A stretch of DNA of 60,000 nucleotides from Lytechinus pictus (lineage: Eukaryota), in the NCBI RefSeq assembly GCF_037042905.1, contig NC_087245.1:28274001-28334000 (forward strand), read 5' to 3'. A program made the position numbers and the translations under genes. This document shows, piece after piece, positions 39,309 through 52,680 of this stretch (positions within the stretch are counted from its first letter, which is position 1; each line of letters opens with the position of its first letter). The notes beneath the pieces were generated by a model. That model saw nothing but the letters and a program-made list of their open reading frames with translations, searched no databases and was not told the origin of the DNA.

Positions 39309-40280
39309 GTGAGTATTCTACTTTTTTACGGAACAAATGATCTGTGCCTAAACTTCTTTCATTTTTCTTGTTTCACTGCTCACTTACATACAACATTGGT
39401 ATTACTATGCCCATTTAAAATAAACCAAGATTTATCTATACAGGAAACAGTGGGCTTAGAAACGCCTGTATTAAGCATGTCATTAATGTTTTGTATCATT
39501 TAAAAATTCTTTTCTTTCGCATCTCAATAAAATTCTGAATGAGTTCATTAATCTTTGATAATTTATGTGAAGGACGATAGGCTGTTTCATGATATGTTGT
39601 CTCCAATATAAACGGTTGTGAGTTAATCACATTTTACCGAAATAACATTGATTCTCAGCTAGAGGATCGATTGCAGGTTATATTGACTGCCAACTTGTCA
39701 TTGATAACAAAGCTTTGTGGAAATGGGCTGGTATTCAATTAAATAATTGAATACTTGAATGATGATTTTAATATTTCAACCTTAGCACATGATTCTATAA
39801 TTTATCTAACTCATGGATTGGGCAATTTTACTTTACTTTTAAAATATCAGACACCTTTTAAGGAAAATTGAGCCAAATATTATGAGGTTCTTGATCAGCT
39901 GAATATGGATTTTGTCATGGTCCTTCATGAGTGATTGGTGTGACCTGCTGATTACTCATTATTTAGATATTTAGATATTTGATAGCATTTATTCCATTCA
40001 TCATAAAAAACATTATTATGACCAAGGTCAAACTTACGTGTACAAAAGAGATGTACATTTACTCTAATATTATGATGTTGATGGGAAAAATGGCGGCTTG
40101 ACAACAATCTTAGGTCGCTGTCATCTAAAAATGAAAAGAATAACAAAATGCCCCACTTTTTACATTTCTTGTAATTAGACCAATTAACATGATATTTTTC
40201 TTTTGGCCTTGAGTGTTAAAGGCATTACTTCACTCAGATATAATAACATTCCCATCTCCCTTTCTCCCCCCCACCTACAG

Positions 40281-40350
40281 CTATGGAATCAGGAACAGGG
40301 AGGTGGTAACCTTCGTCAAGAGGCTGCATTCTAAAGGAGGTGGCTACTGA
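40281..40350 (+). CDS. SNRNP25: SNRNP25 coding exon 4 (stop)
   Basis: (D)YGIRNREVVTFVKRLHSKGGGY*; polypyrimidine tract plus CAG acceptor. Confidence 0.92.
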
Positions 40351-41470
40351 TCATATCAGGACCATGCCAAAGGCTTCCAATAGCAGAGAGTCCGAAGCGC
40401 AGCCATGGCCTAAACAGATGATCATATCAGTGTCATGATCAGGTTCTAGTAGCAGAGAGTCTGAAGCGCATCTATGACTAACCTAAATGGTTGATCGTAT
40501 TAGGATCATGCCAAATGGTTCCAATAGCAGAGAGTCCGAAGCGCAGCCATGGCCTAAACAGATGATCATATCAGTGTCATGATCAGGTTCCAGTAGCAGA
40601 GAGTCTGAAGCGCATCTATGACTAACCTAAATGGTTGATCGTATTAGGATCATGCCAAATGGTTCCAATAGCAGAGAGTCCGAAGCGCAGCCATGGCCTA
40701 AACAGATGATCATATCAGTGTCATGATCAGGTTCCAGTAGCAGAGAGTCTGAAGCGCATCTATGACTAACCTAAATGGTTGATCGTATTAGGATCATGCC
40801 AAATGGTTCCAATAGCAGAGAGTCCGAAGCGCAGCCATTGCCTAAACAGATGATCATATCAGTGTCATGATCAGGTTCCAGTAGCAGAGAGTCTGAAGCG
40901 CATCTATGACTAACCTAAATGGTTGATCGTATTAGGATCATGCCAAAGGGTTCCAATAGCAGAGAGTCCGAAGCGCAGCCATGGCCTAAACTGATGATCA
41001 GGTTCCAGTAGCAGAGAGTCTGAAGCGCATCTATGACTAACCTAAATGGTTGATCGTATCAGGATCATGCCAATGGGTTCCAATTGTGGAGAGTCTAAAG
41101 TGCAGTCATTGCCTGAACAGTTTATCATATTAGGATCATACTGAAGGGTTCCAATAGCAGAGAGTCGAGGAAGCACAGCAGTAGTCTGAATGGTTGATCG
41201 TATCAGGATCATGCCGAAGGGTTCCAATAGCAGAGGGTTTGAGGAAGCGCAACAGTGGTCTAATTAACGGTTGATCGTATCAAGATCATGCTAAAGGTTC
41301 CAATAGCAGAGGTTTTCAAGAAGTGCAGACAGAACAGTCAATCATATCACGATCATGCAGAAGGGTTCCAATAGTAGAAAACCAAAGCACAACTATGGCC
41401 TGAACAGTTGATCACATCAGTATTATTCTGAAAGGTTCCAATAGCAGACAGTCGAAGTAAGTGCAGCCAA
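40348..41470 (+). repeat. 144-bp dimeric tandem repeat (~70+74-bp related monomers) in the SNRNP25 3' UTR
   Basis: CCAATAGCAGAGAGTCCG recurs at 40377, 40521, 40665, 40809, 40953; diverged monomers continue to ~41470. Confidence 0.93.
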
Positions 41471-42421
41471 TGTCTTTACAGAAGTGTCATCAAAGAAATG
41501 GCTCAAGATCAAGTGCCACCCTTCTGCATGGATGAACCTACATCTTCTTGTATTTTCTTGTATATCTTCTTGGCCATGCCGGGAGCCAGAGGAATTTCTC
41601 AGATGAAAGCCGATTCTTCAAGCCTTGATCATTGTAGTTTCTCATGCATTCAAGATTTAAAACTCCCCTCTGTGATGAGAAATAGTGCATCTTATCATGT
41701 TGTCTAATGAGAAAGACATTTTTGACATGGCGATTTTGGACATGAAAATGAGAAGTGCCAAAACTGAAACGCTTAAATACAGACTTTATCTACCAAAACA
41801 AAGCATATTTATGTATATCACAATCCAAAGTCTTGTATAACAATTTAATGTTTAGTTGATCACATGCATAAAGTGAGAGCAAATTGTTCACCCATGTTGC
41901 GTAAATGAACATTGTAGAATTTGGTACATGTATACCGCAAATTTACAATCTTGTGGAATTTTTGCTGAGGGTCCTGTCTGCATTTTCAAGACATTTTCTC
42001 CCTTTTTAATGCCATTTTGTAGCTGTTCTAAAATTGGCAAGAAAACAGTGAACTTTTTTCCTTTCAGATTTCTAAATAGGGATTAGTATAGTAGCTTCAT
42101 AGCTCACTGTGATAAATGTTAAAAGGGAGGTAGCAAAATAGCAATTAATTCACTGACTCCTATTCATACACAACATCAAACATTTGCAGCTTTAATTGTG
42201 GCTAGCTTGCGTGTATGAATAGAGTATATTATTATGGTATAGTAGCAGCCGTTCACCGTGGTCTCAAAATAAATGCTCACATAGACTGCTTGAGTAGGCT
42301 TTGTTTAAAGATAAAAAATCAAATCTAGGAGGTAAACTCTTACTTGCTTAACACAAATATTTTCAGTACCATTTTACAGTTAAAAAATTATACTGAAACA
42401 AAGGTAAAGTTTGTTGCTTAA

Positions 42422-42829
42422 GGGTCATTCCATGGGGTTGGGGCAACAAGATCGTGTGATGTCCATGTAACAGTGGTATCAGCTTTTTCATTTCACAGAG
42501 ATCAGTTCAAATGGGGTTTAGTTTTGATGTGTTAATTTAAAGATGATGTCCAATCATAGTAATTCAGTTTGAAATTGGGGATGTTTAATGGTTTTGCTGC
42601 AAAACAAATACAAAGTTTTACCACTGTTACATGGACATCACATTGGCATAACATAGGCAATAAATTTGCAGGTGTGAATCTGTCATATATCATGATGCTT
42701 GAGAAGTAAAACTTGGTGAGACCCCATTTATTTTTGCTGGTAATTTTATACATACATTTGCCTTCTTTTCATGAGACACGGTTTTGGAGTTCTGGTATGT
42801 CACAAAAATTTCCTCCCGTGCAATGACCC
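42422..42829. mobile_element. TTAA-flanked MITE (Kolobok-like)
   Basis: TTAA-GGGTCATTCCATGGG ... CCCGTGCAATGACCC-TTAA. Confidence 0.65.
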
Positions 42830-43968
42830 TTAAGTAAGAGAGATATGGATTTATTGTGTTTCACATAGCATAGTAGGCCTACTAGCTGCATTCATTTGTG
42901 ACAAAAAGAAATATTGGATATTATCTGGTGAAAAAAAGCTCAATATTTGTAAGATTTGACACATACATTGGTGTGAAGAAATGCATTCTCAACCAATCTT
43001 TATGCTTAAGATTTTTATTGAACAATATTTTAATATAAGAGTACTTTGACAATTTTTATTTAAAAATGTATCATTTTATGAAATCTATTTGATCAAAATA
43101 CAGGTATACATGTATTTGTCTGCTATATTTTCATTCACGAAATTATATTCCTTGATTATTAAATTTGAAGAAAAAGGATCACTTATTTTATTTTTAGATA
43201 TATGTTGGATGGGTACTTGGATAGTATTTTGACAAATACTGTGTACAAATTATTAATTTTGATTTGACCCAACAATCACTACAGCTTAAAATGTACAAAT
43301 TTTACAAAAAGTGCATTTTATCCATTATACATTTATATTGTTAAAATATTTCAAAGTTAATCCTTATAATCATACAATTGTTTTTCAATAAAACTGACTA
43401 TTTGCCCTACTGGGTAATTATTGATACTAATAATCATTTATAATTTTTATAAAGCATTCACATTACATTTTACATAAGTTGTCCTTCTTCACTTTTCAGA
43501 GCATAAGAATTGGATGAAACATTGGACTATAAATCTACAAATAACACACAAAAAAGAAAGTTCCCACTAAATCAAATAGAATAACTTTTAAAGTATCTCA
43601 TCATAAAGTGTTTCAATACTTATTAACATCTGTGTAATAATGATAATAATCCATTAAGTCATGCCTGAGTTGGCACATATTAAAGGCTAATTTCATTCTA
43701 AGTTAACAAGAAAAAATGCTGTCATACTTAATTAAATAACTTTGAAGTTTGAAAATTCATTTTTGCATGTCTTGCCATTTATTTCAATGTGCGCTCACTC
43801 ATGCTATCAAAGTTATTTCTCGTGTTTCTACAAAAACTGAATTTGAATTCATTGAATTCTACATTCTTCCTGAAAGACATAATATTGTTCTGTGCTCTGT
43901 ATAACAGATTCCACTATAACCCAAGCCATCTTTGACAGAGTAAGCATATGGTCATCAACTATATTTGG

Positions 43969-44013
43969 TTAATAGTTGAACTCATGGAACAGTCTTTGTT
44001 TCATTTCTCCCAC
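43969..44013 (-). CDS. HYR/SEA/EGF membrane protein, last coding exon
   Basis: CAG acceptor, VGEMKQRLFHEFNY*, phase 0 consistent. Confidence 0.6.
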   Translation of the reverse strand: MGEMKQRLFHEFNY

Positions 44014-44940
44014 CTGTGCATTGAAATGAAAAGAACATTGAAAAATTGTTAGACATCGTATATTGTTTCTTATATATTCAGGGTAAAGTATTTTCTCTAT
44101 TTTTCACAAGCTGGCCAGAGTTTTACCATGATATTTCCTTATTGTTTCTTTTGCTTATACCATAATCAGCTTTTTTTACAATGAAAATGTGAAAAATTGT
44201 CAGATAGACATAGAATTAAATGATATCTGAAAGAAGCTAGAGATGGTGTAATGTAAGTGATTAATTACAAGAAAGAAATTTATACATAGAAACACAACTT
44301 CTACCACCCCCCCCCCTTCCAATAAAAGGAGGATAAAGTATGAGATGCTTTATATCACATAATATTTAGTCGTAAGATATTTAGCAAATTGTTAAATTAA
44401 TGCTACTGGAAGATTATAATTAATTTGGTATGGTAAAATACTGCCTGAAAACAAATAATTCTATATAAAGATTTTGTGAATAATTAAAATATTTTTTCTT
44501 GTAAACAGTGTAAATATGTTCACTGAAAATGATCGAAATTTTCTGCAACAGTATTAAGTAGAATTAGTACTGAATTTGATGTACAATATTGAGATTTAGT
44601 TAAATTTATTGTTTAAACTATGATAATGACATTATTTGGGGCTAACCTCGATTAGCATCTTGCTATTATGTTAGCTCCAATTACCAAATGTTTTGTTTAT
44701 ATGTGATGTACTATTCCTTGTAATTGTACCTGACAGTGATATTTGGTAAGAAATTCAATTCAATTCAATATTTCAGAAGACTAGTATAGTCATCTCAGCA
44801 TACTGGGAATGAGATAGTGTTATTACAAAATTGTTTTGGCGACATTAGAAATTGTATTTGAAGCCATTTAAAGTAAATATTGAAAAAAGATAGCACTGGA
44901 TTAAATCATTGGTAGTCTAATAATGTCATTGTATACCCAC

Positions 44941-45036
44941 CTCTTCCGGAAAGTGGTTGCCTCTCATTTGAGGGACCCTTTGCCTTCTGGAACCGCTTCT
45001 ACGAATGGGGCCCCCACCCTGGTGGTACATGGGTGC
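44941..45036 (-). CDS. HYR/SEA/EGF membrane protein, cytoplasmic exon (96 nt)
   Basis: APMYHQGGGPIRRSGSRRQRVPQMRGNHFPEE; AG acceptor and GTGGGT donor. Confidence 0.7.
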
Positions 45037-45229
45037 CTATTGAGATAGGAACAGTGAGAAGAATTTCATAGGGGAATGGACGATTATAGCGTATATCACA
45101 TATGCAAGGATTTCTATGAAATTCAATAACTTTTGGAATTTTAAAAATGCTTTGACAAGCAGACAGGTAGGCGTACTGATAATAAAGGGGAAAGATAGTG
45201 TGTGAGAGAGAGGGGGTGGGGAGAAGCAA

Positions 45230-45890
45230 GGAAAAAGAACACGCGTATAGACTCGAGATTAAGTGAGAGGGGGAGGGTTGAGTAAAGAAAAAGAAAATAT
45301 ATAGACGCAGATGCGAGATTAGGTGGGGGAGGTTGAGCTAGGATAAAGAAGAAAATGGTGTATAAAACGCGAGATTAGAGAGAGAGGGGAAGGAGGAGGT
45401 GTGAGCAAGGAAGCGAAATATTGTATGGACGAGATATTGAGTGAGAGAGAGGGGTGAGAAAAGAAAAGAAGGAAATCGTGTATGGACGCAAGATTGGGTG
45501 ACAAGGGGTGAGCAAAGAAAAAGAAGGAAATCGTGTATGGATGCGAGATTGGGTGAGAAAGGGTGAGCAAAGAAAAAGAAGGAAATCGTGTATGGACGCG
45601 AGATTGAGTGAGAAAGACAGAGAGGATGGGCTAGAGTAAAGAAAGTTTTGAGTGTGTGAGGGAGGGGAGGGGTGAGTAAAGAAAAGAAGAACATTTTGTG
45701 AAGATGGGAGATTAAGTGAATGAGAGAGAGAGACAGACAGAAGGAGTGAGTAAAGAAAAAGAAGAAAATCAAATTCGAAGATTATGTGAGAGAGGGGGAG
45801 GTTAACAAGGAAATTGGACATCAGATAAGTGACGGAGAGGGTTGAGCAAAAAAATAATCTTGTATGGATGCGAGATTGAGTGAAATTGAT
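45230..45890. repeat. ~59-bp purine-rich minisatellite
   Basis: Recurrent GAGCAAAGAAAAAGAAGGAAATCGTGTATGGACGCGAGATT. Confidence 0.85.
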
Positions 45891-46040
45891 TAATGTCCCT
45901 ACTTTCAGGGACATTACAAAAGAAAAAAAAGGGGGGGGGGGAGACTGCACTCAATTTCATTCAAGTATGAAAATAAGAGTTAAATATTTAATTTTTCTGA
46001 ATTTAATTCGTCTCTATCATGTTCATCGGTAAATGGACAT

Positions 46041-46399
46041 TATAATAATAATAATCCGCTTTTATATAGCGCTTAATACATCGGAACGACGTGTCTAAGC
46101 GCTTTACAGACATTATTATTACCCCGGTCATCGGATTCAATCAGTCATTCCCGCACACAATGTGTGCACATCCTCCACTCCCTGGGGAGTATTCCAATCA
46201 GTCGCCGGTGAGGCGCACACAGTACTGGACAAGCTACAATGACTTTCACATCCTACCGGGTACCCATTTAGCACCTGGGTCGAGAGTGGCAAACTGTGGA
46301 TTAACGCCTTGCCAAAGGACGCCAGACCGTGGTGGGATTCAAACACACGACCCTCTGTTTACAAGGCGAGAGTCAGAACCACTACACCACGGCTCCTCC
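46041..46399 (-). mobile_element. tRNA-derived SINE
   Basis: Minus strand GGAGCCGTGGTGTAGTGGTT..GTGTTTGAATCCCACC head, ACTCTCGACCCAGGTGCTAAATGGGTACC body, (TTA)n tail. Confidence 0.85.
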
Positions 46400-46487
46400 T
46401 CCTATTACAGATAACGAATATGAAAATGAAAAAATATGATACGTAGTAGTAATAGAGATTAAATAAGGACAAGTGATAATAAATTAC

Positions 46488-46583
46488 CGAATCTGGAGCA
46501 TAGTCTCCTATGAATTGTGGACCTGGGACTATTGTTCCCTGGTGATAAGCATGCACTGGTCTCTGTTCATAGCTTGGTGGTAA
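46488..46583 (-). CDS. HYR/SEA/EGF membrane protein, cytoplasmic exon (96 nt, LPPSY)
   Basis: LPPSYEQRPVHAYHQGTIVPGPQFIGDYAPDS; NAGNAG acceptor, GTAATT donor. Confidence 0.7.
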
Positions 46584-47266
46584 CTGCTTTAATTGAAAAC
46601 AACAATAATAATTGAATAAAAGAATTGACAGACGTATTTTGAATCAATAACCTGTACCCCCCAAAAAAAAGAAATGCCAAGGGCATGTTTTTCAAATTCC
46701 TTAGAGGTTTAATTCAACAATTCTTGAACTTATTATTTCATCATCTTTCCATTAAAAAAACATAATTGCAGCTTCGAGCATATCCACAGATATATTTGTC
46801 GTTCAATTGAAAACGTTGGGCTAATCTTTAAATTCGGTGGTTTAAATCATGGCATGTTCAAAGCAGCTAGGGCTGAGATCAGCTGTATTTGAGACTAATT
46901 TTTCATAGTTGAAGTAAAAAAAAAAGATAGAAAGAAGTAGAAAAAGAAAGAAAGGAAGAGAAAGTCATGAATATTTGATTTGGTGATTGTTTCTCAAAAC
47001 ACTTCATAGTGAAAATACCTTGAACCTAATTGTATTAAGATGCATTCTTAATACACGTTCAAATAACAGTGAATATATACTTCTAACAGATTCGAAAATG
47101 TCATTTGTGTTTGTTGCAGAAACACAATAAACAACTTCAATATCATGGTTGAATAGAAGCATATTGAGCGAAATATTTTGAAATGGTATATTTCCAATAC
47201 TCCTTTGCATTAGAGAGAAAAATGTACTCTGATTTTTCATAAAATTCTATCACAACCTCTCCTTAC

Positions 47267-47362
47267 CTCTCCAGCATATTTCAACGGTTCAGGTTGACGG
47301 CTACCACGGAACCGAGGCCCTTTTGGCACTCGCCTTGGTTGTAAATACCGGTCAACATGATC
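47267..47362 (-). CDS. HYR/SEA/EGF membrane protein, cytoplasmic exon (96 nt)
   Basis: DHVDRYLQPRRVPKGPRFRGSRQPEPLKYAGE; CAG acceptor and GTAAG donor. Confidence 0.72.
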
Positions 47363-47379
47363 CTGTCAGTGGACAAACA

Positions 47380-47690
47380 TGAGAAAGGGGAAAAGGAGAA
47401 GAAGAAGCGGAGGAAGAAGTAGAGAGGGGAAGAATGAAATGAAGGAGTGGAAAGGGGAGAAGAGTGAGGAGGAAGGAGGTGGTGGTGGACGAAGAGGACG
47501 AGAAGAAAAATGAGAGGAAGCAAGAATAAGGAGGAGGAGGAGGAAAAGAAGAGGAAGAAGAAAAAGAAGATGAAGGAGGAGGAGGAGAAGAGGAAGAAGA
47601 AGAAGTAGAAGAAGAAGGAGGAGGGGGAGAAGAAGAAGAAGGGAGAGGAGAAGAAGAAGAAAAAAAATAAGAAGGAAAAAAGAAGAAGTT
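47380..47690. repeat. (GAA/GAG)n purine-rich low-complexity tract
   Basis: Direct inspection. Confidence 0.9.
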
Positions 47691-49057
47691 GTTTGTTGTT
47701 GTTTCGCAAGAAAATTAAAATTCCATGCGACACATGATAGATAACCCCAAAAGCCAAGTACTATACCCGTCCCGCACCCTTCGAGGAACGTGTGTATGTG
47801 TATATAATTTACTATCTATCAGAAGCGAAAGTTTCCTGTATACCATTAGTTTTGTTTAATTAGCCCCCCCCCCCCCATCTCTCTCTGTATCCCCTTTCTC
47901 TCTTCCACTTAATCTTGACGCCTCAGCTATTTTATTTCATTAATTGATTTTCTGAAACTTTGAATAAATCAACAAAGAAAATAAAATAAACAAGGTACAT
48001 AACAAAATATTTGATTTGAACCAAAGAGATATTAAAAAAAAACGTCTATAATGAAGCAAAACAATGAGCAGAGTTGTATTTTCTATGACATGTCGATCAA
48101 AAAAAATTGCAGGGGTTGCCATTATTATATAAGCTTTGCTTGACTGTTTGACATCCATGGAAAACAATTCAAGAATTATATATTATATATCAAATCAATT
48201 GTCTTAAAGTAAGAGTACAGGTGCGTTATGGGTGGTGGGGGTTGAGGAGGGGGCAAGTGCTTTGTTCTTTCAATGCACTTTTAGATTTTGATTCTTGTTT
48301 TTTTTTCCTGTTCCGAAACTATGTGTCAATGATTCAGTACATGATAATTAAAAGAACCGAACAGTTTTCATTCAATTCAGCTAGTGAACATCAATTATTC
48401 AGTAGTAATTTCAATAACTTTTTTTAAAAGGAGAAACTAATCTTAACCGTTTGAGTGATTCGGCATATGAAACTAACGAACAAATTGGGAGAGAATTGAC
48501 TATATAATTGATGTTTATTAAAACAGTAATCACCCCAAAATCGAACCCTGTGGCACTTCACAATCAAAGAAGGACAAAGGACATTTATACATATAGAGAT
48601 GTACTTATGTTTATATTTATTGACAGATGTAGCTTTTTAGACCATGACCAAGCAATTCCCCGTAGCCGTAATGTGTAGTAAAATATTATGGCCAATAGCG
48701 TCAAAGGGCTTATAGGTCCATGAATACATCGATTATATGATTTATTTTGGTGTATACCGTATATCTAGTGCCCTTAGCAGTTGCTGAACAGTGAGCTTTT
48801 AATTTCTGTAATGCCTCACTCCTGCTGTCGTGCGATCCGTTGCAAACGTCACGATTGGCCTTTCGTAACTGATCGTGAAAATTTTGGACCATTCAAAAAA
48901 TTTCTACGATCAATACGAGTGCCACGACTGATGTGATATGACCTGATACGATTATACGTCACGATTAAGAGGACAGTCGTGGTGCGAATCGTGAAAGTGG
49001 GAACTAGGTATAACAGAAATCGAGGGAAACCAGATTATAAACGTGATTGCTACATAC

Positions 49058-49450
49058 CCTCACTCGGCGCCATCTTGGAGCAGGTTGTGGAAGCATCAAG
49101 ATTTGCGGAGACAGTTGTGGTGGTGGTGGTTGGGGTAGGGGTGGCGAAAGTGGTGGTAGAGGAGGTTCTTCAGTCTCGTAGTAACCTGGTGGGCGTTCTC
49201 TACGATGCGGAGGTGAACTCCGTGGGATCATGTGTTGGTGGGGACGAGGCAGGATCATGGGTTGGGGAGCCGGGGCTGGTTTAGGGGCTGGCTGTGCGGG
49301 TTGTAGGAAAAGGGGATCCTCGTGCAGAAAGGAGGGGCCTTCCGATGGGGGCGGAGTGGGCGGTCTGGTTGGTCGAGGATCCGGTTCATTGGGTATTTCT
49401 GTTATGGTTGGCCGGGTACGACGAGGTGGCGGCCGGTAGTATTCTTCATC
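49058..49450 (-). CDS. HYR/SEA/EGF membrane protein, proline-rich cytoplasmic exon
   Basis: DEEYYRPPPRR...RPPGYY...PQPAPRWRRVR; TAG acceptor; donor GTATGT (alternative donor 6 nt upstream). Confidence 0.75.
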
Positions 49451-50289
49451 CTAGCATTCATGAAATACAAATATCGAATGCAGGTGATCCCTAATATGAA
49501 TTTCGGTCGTTTTTTGTGTTCGCTCTAACATGGAATAATTGAGAATAGTTATGATTCAACATTTGAAAGGGTACTATCTTTTGTTTTACTCCATCATCCC
49601 CAAAATATACATCTCCTTCATCGTTGAGATCAATAGGAAATGGAGAGGGACATTTGAAAGATTTACAGCAGAGTCTTCAAGCTCAAGTGCAGACGACAAA
49701 TAGCTTGAAGATTTTTTGAATAACCGTTCCACTTCAAAAAAATGAAGTAGGCCTATTCATTTCAGTGACTAATTTTAGTGTTGGACATTCTTCACTGGGT
49801 TTCATTTTCTTGTATGGTTAAACCTATATATACAGAACGGAGGGGGATCAAAATCTTGCGCCATTTTCGTCGTTGTATAGAGAGATTGTTATATAGTTGT
49901 TGTCATCCATATGGCATAAATCCTCAATAATATGTATTTTAGATTACGTTCTGAATTGATCCGAAGGTCTCAACCTCAAAATTAGATCTCCCCATCGGGT
50001 TGTATCCTAAATAAATGGATAGCTAATTTAGATTCAACCCTTAATTACATCAAATCTTGAAATTTGTTTTAGTGATCTATTGATATAGGCCCTACTACAA
50101 ATGGATAAGTTTTGTATTTGAAAAAATTAATCGTGATTAAACTATTTGGAGTAAACTTTGCAGTAGTATTCTAGTACAGTTCTTTAGGTAGGCTAGGCTA
50201 ACTATAAAATTCAACAGTTTGTTTGAGTATCAACACACTTTGAAAGGATTGCCAGATGAAGAAGTCACGTGATTGTTTTTTTTTCTCAC

Positions 50290-50471
50290 CATCGGCAGCA
50301 TGAGCAGGGGTCTAGGTTCCCTTTTCATCAATTTCTCCTCATCATAGAGCATGCCCGACCTAGCACCCATCAACCACAGACAGCAACAACAGACGACGAG
50401 GAGAACCAGAATAAATCCCATCACACCAAGTAAGATCCCGATGATAGCACCGGTGCTTAGTTGTTGAGTTG
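50290..50471 (-). CDS. HYR/SEA/EGF membrane protein, transmembrane exon
   Basis: LSTGAIIGILLGVMGFILVLLVVCCCCLWLM hydrophobic helix with Cys cluster; GTGAGA donor. Confidence 0.85.
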
Positions 50472-51781
50472 CTTGATGAACGATAATAGAATTATGCAAA
50501 ATTTAGCAACGTCGTTCAAAGGTTCCAGAAGAAATATTTCAAAATCATTAAAATTACAACAGCAGTATATAGCAGCAACAACGACAAAACTATCAAAGAA
50601 CCACATGTAATACTAGCGGGCATATAGGACCTATGCATGAACAAATATATTGATTTGATTTGATTTTCCCACTTCAATAATAAAAAAAAAGTACATAAAC
50701 ATTTGCAATAAAAGTAACATTTAAAAGCACATAATAATCAAATTGTCAAATGTACATTGAAATTATTGGCGTGTTCATTACATCGGTAAAACACGTCTTT
50801 GTTTTTTTGTGCACTATGTTATTTGTTTGATTACTTTTACAATTCTGCTCCATTTAGTTAAACTTTTCTTGTCATTAAATGCAATATCCAAATAAAAGGC
50901 TTGATGTCACCGAATCGTGATCACATTGAACATGTTGAAGCTAGAGTTTCAAAATAATTAAATTTTACTAAGATCACATAATTATTATTGCCACCTTATA
51001 TCATCCTTAATTCAAGTGACGTGGTCTCAATGTAAAATCACACCCTGAGATGTTAGAATAATGATTTACACCCTCGAGTAAGAACATAACACCAAACTGT
51101 GTAAAAATAAGGAACAAAGGTGTCATAATAAAACACATGGGTGTTAACCTAACACCTTAGATTTTGAGAAAGGAGTATGGTGTGACCCTTTATGTAATCT
51201 TAACCCGTTAGCCCTACAATTTTTATGTGTGCAGAAGAAGTGCCATTTATCAGGTGTTTAATTGAAATGGATACAATATTATATTCAAATCAATTTAGCA
51301 TGGCCCATACAATATCTAATTTTCTCGACTGACGTACACGCTCAACAAGATTGATTATGGAGTAATTTCCATATTGATTGTGCATGTAGAAAATACAATT
51401 TTCCTCCTTTATCAGTCATAATTTATATCTTATTTTGAGAATGACTTAATCGTGTTTATTTTTGGTATATGAAATTCCTTGAAGTTGAAATATAATGAGT
51501 GAAGATTAAAATTATAGTTGCTAACGATCACTGAATACAAATATTATATTTCAACATATCATTAGAGTAGATAGGAATTAGTCCTACACAGAATTTTTTA
51601 GAGTATATATCTCCTAAAATCATGTAACATAAACACGAACAGCTTTATATTACACAGCCTTGACGTATGTGGCACCACACGAAGAACATCAGAATGGAAA
51701 CCAAATAAATGGATATCCGTATTGAACGAATTTGGAATAATGTTTTTTTTAAAGTAAAGGGCGAATAAATATTAAACTTAC

Positions 51782-51825
51782 TTGTCGTATCCTCACATTG
51801 TGCTCCTGTAAATCCGGACTGGCAA
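51782..51825 (-). CDS. EGF-like domain, second half
   Basis: (S)CQSGFTGAQCEDTT; phase 2 to 1. Confidence 0.85.
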
Positions 51826-51924
51826 CTGTTATGAAAATATGAACAAATTCAACAAAATAAAAATAAACTTCCATCCAATCGATGATTCACTTTTTAAGAT
51901 AGAGTACAGTGTAGATTGTAAGTT

Positions 51925-52680
51925 AGTTGTAGTAATGGTAGAAGTAGTTGTAGTAGTAGTTGTAGTAGTATAGTAGTAGTAGAAGTAGTAGTAGTGTTGG
52001 TAGTAGTAGTAGTAGTATTATTATTAGTAGTAGTAGTATACCAAATAAATAAAAAATAAATAAATAGTAGTAGTAATAGTTGTTGTAATTGTAGTAGTAC
52101 AATAGTATAGTTGCACTAGTAATAGACAGTAGTTGTAGTAGTAGTAGTAGTAGTCGTCGTAGTAGTAGGAGTAGTAATAGAAGTAGTAGTAGTAGTAGTG
52201 GTGGTGGTGGTGGTAGTAGTAGTAGTAGTAGAAGTAGTAGTAGTAACAGCAGCAGCAGTAGTAGTAGTAGCAGTAGTAGTTGTTGTTGTTTTAGTCAAAG
52301 TAGTAGTGGTAGGAGTAGTAGTAGTATTAGTAGTAGTAGTAGTAGTTGTAGTATACCAAATAAATAAAAAATAAATAAATAGTAATAGTTGTTGTAATTG
52401 TAGTAGTACAATAGTAGTAGTTGTTGTAGTAGTAGTTGCACTAGTAATAGACAGTAGTTGTAGTAGTAGTAGTAGTCGTAGTAGTAGGAGTAGTAGTAGT
52501 AATAGAAGTAGTAGTAGTAGTAGTGGTGGTGGTGGTGGTGGTGGTAGTAGTAGTAGTAGTAGAAGTAGTAGTAGTAGTAACAGCAGCAGCAGCAGTAGTA
52601 GTATTAGCAGTAGTAGTTGTTGTTGTTTTAGTTGAAGTAGTAGTGGTAGTAGTAGTAGTAGAAGTAGTAGTAATAGTAAT
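51925..52680. repeat. (TAG/TGG/CAG)n compound microsatellite with an internal ~330-bp duplication
   Basis: TACCAAATAAATAAAAAATAAATAAAT and TTGCACTAGTAATAGACAG each occur twice. Confidence 0.92.

Noticed and set aside
40348..41470. CRISPR-like array, read-through coding repeat or hammerhead ribozyme array
   Set aside because: There are no unique spacers; read-through hits TAG after 10 codons and no long ORF exists; no CUGANGA plus GAAA core recurs in the units
49451..49524. Upstream acceptor at 49524 for the proline-rich exon
   Set aside because: In phase 0 it runs into a stop codon; the acceptor at 49450 gives the open Pro-rich frame
52116..52298. Thr-rich mucin-like exon on the minus strand
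   Set aside because: It is a (TAG)n microsatellite inside the intron that splits the EGF domain, and including it would break the domain
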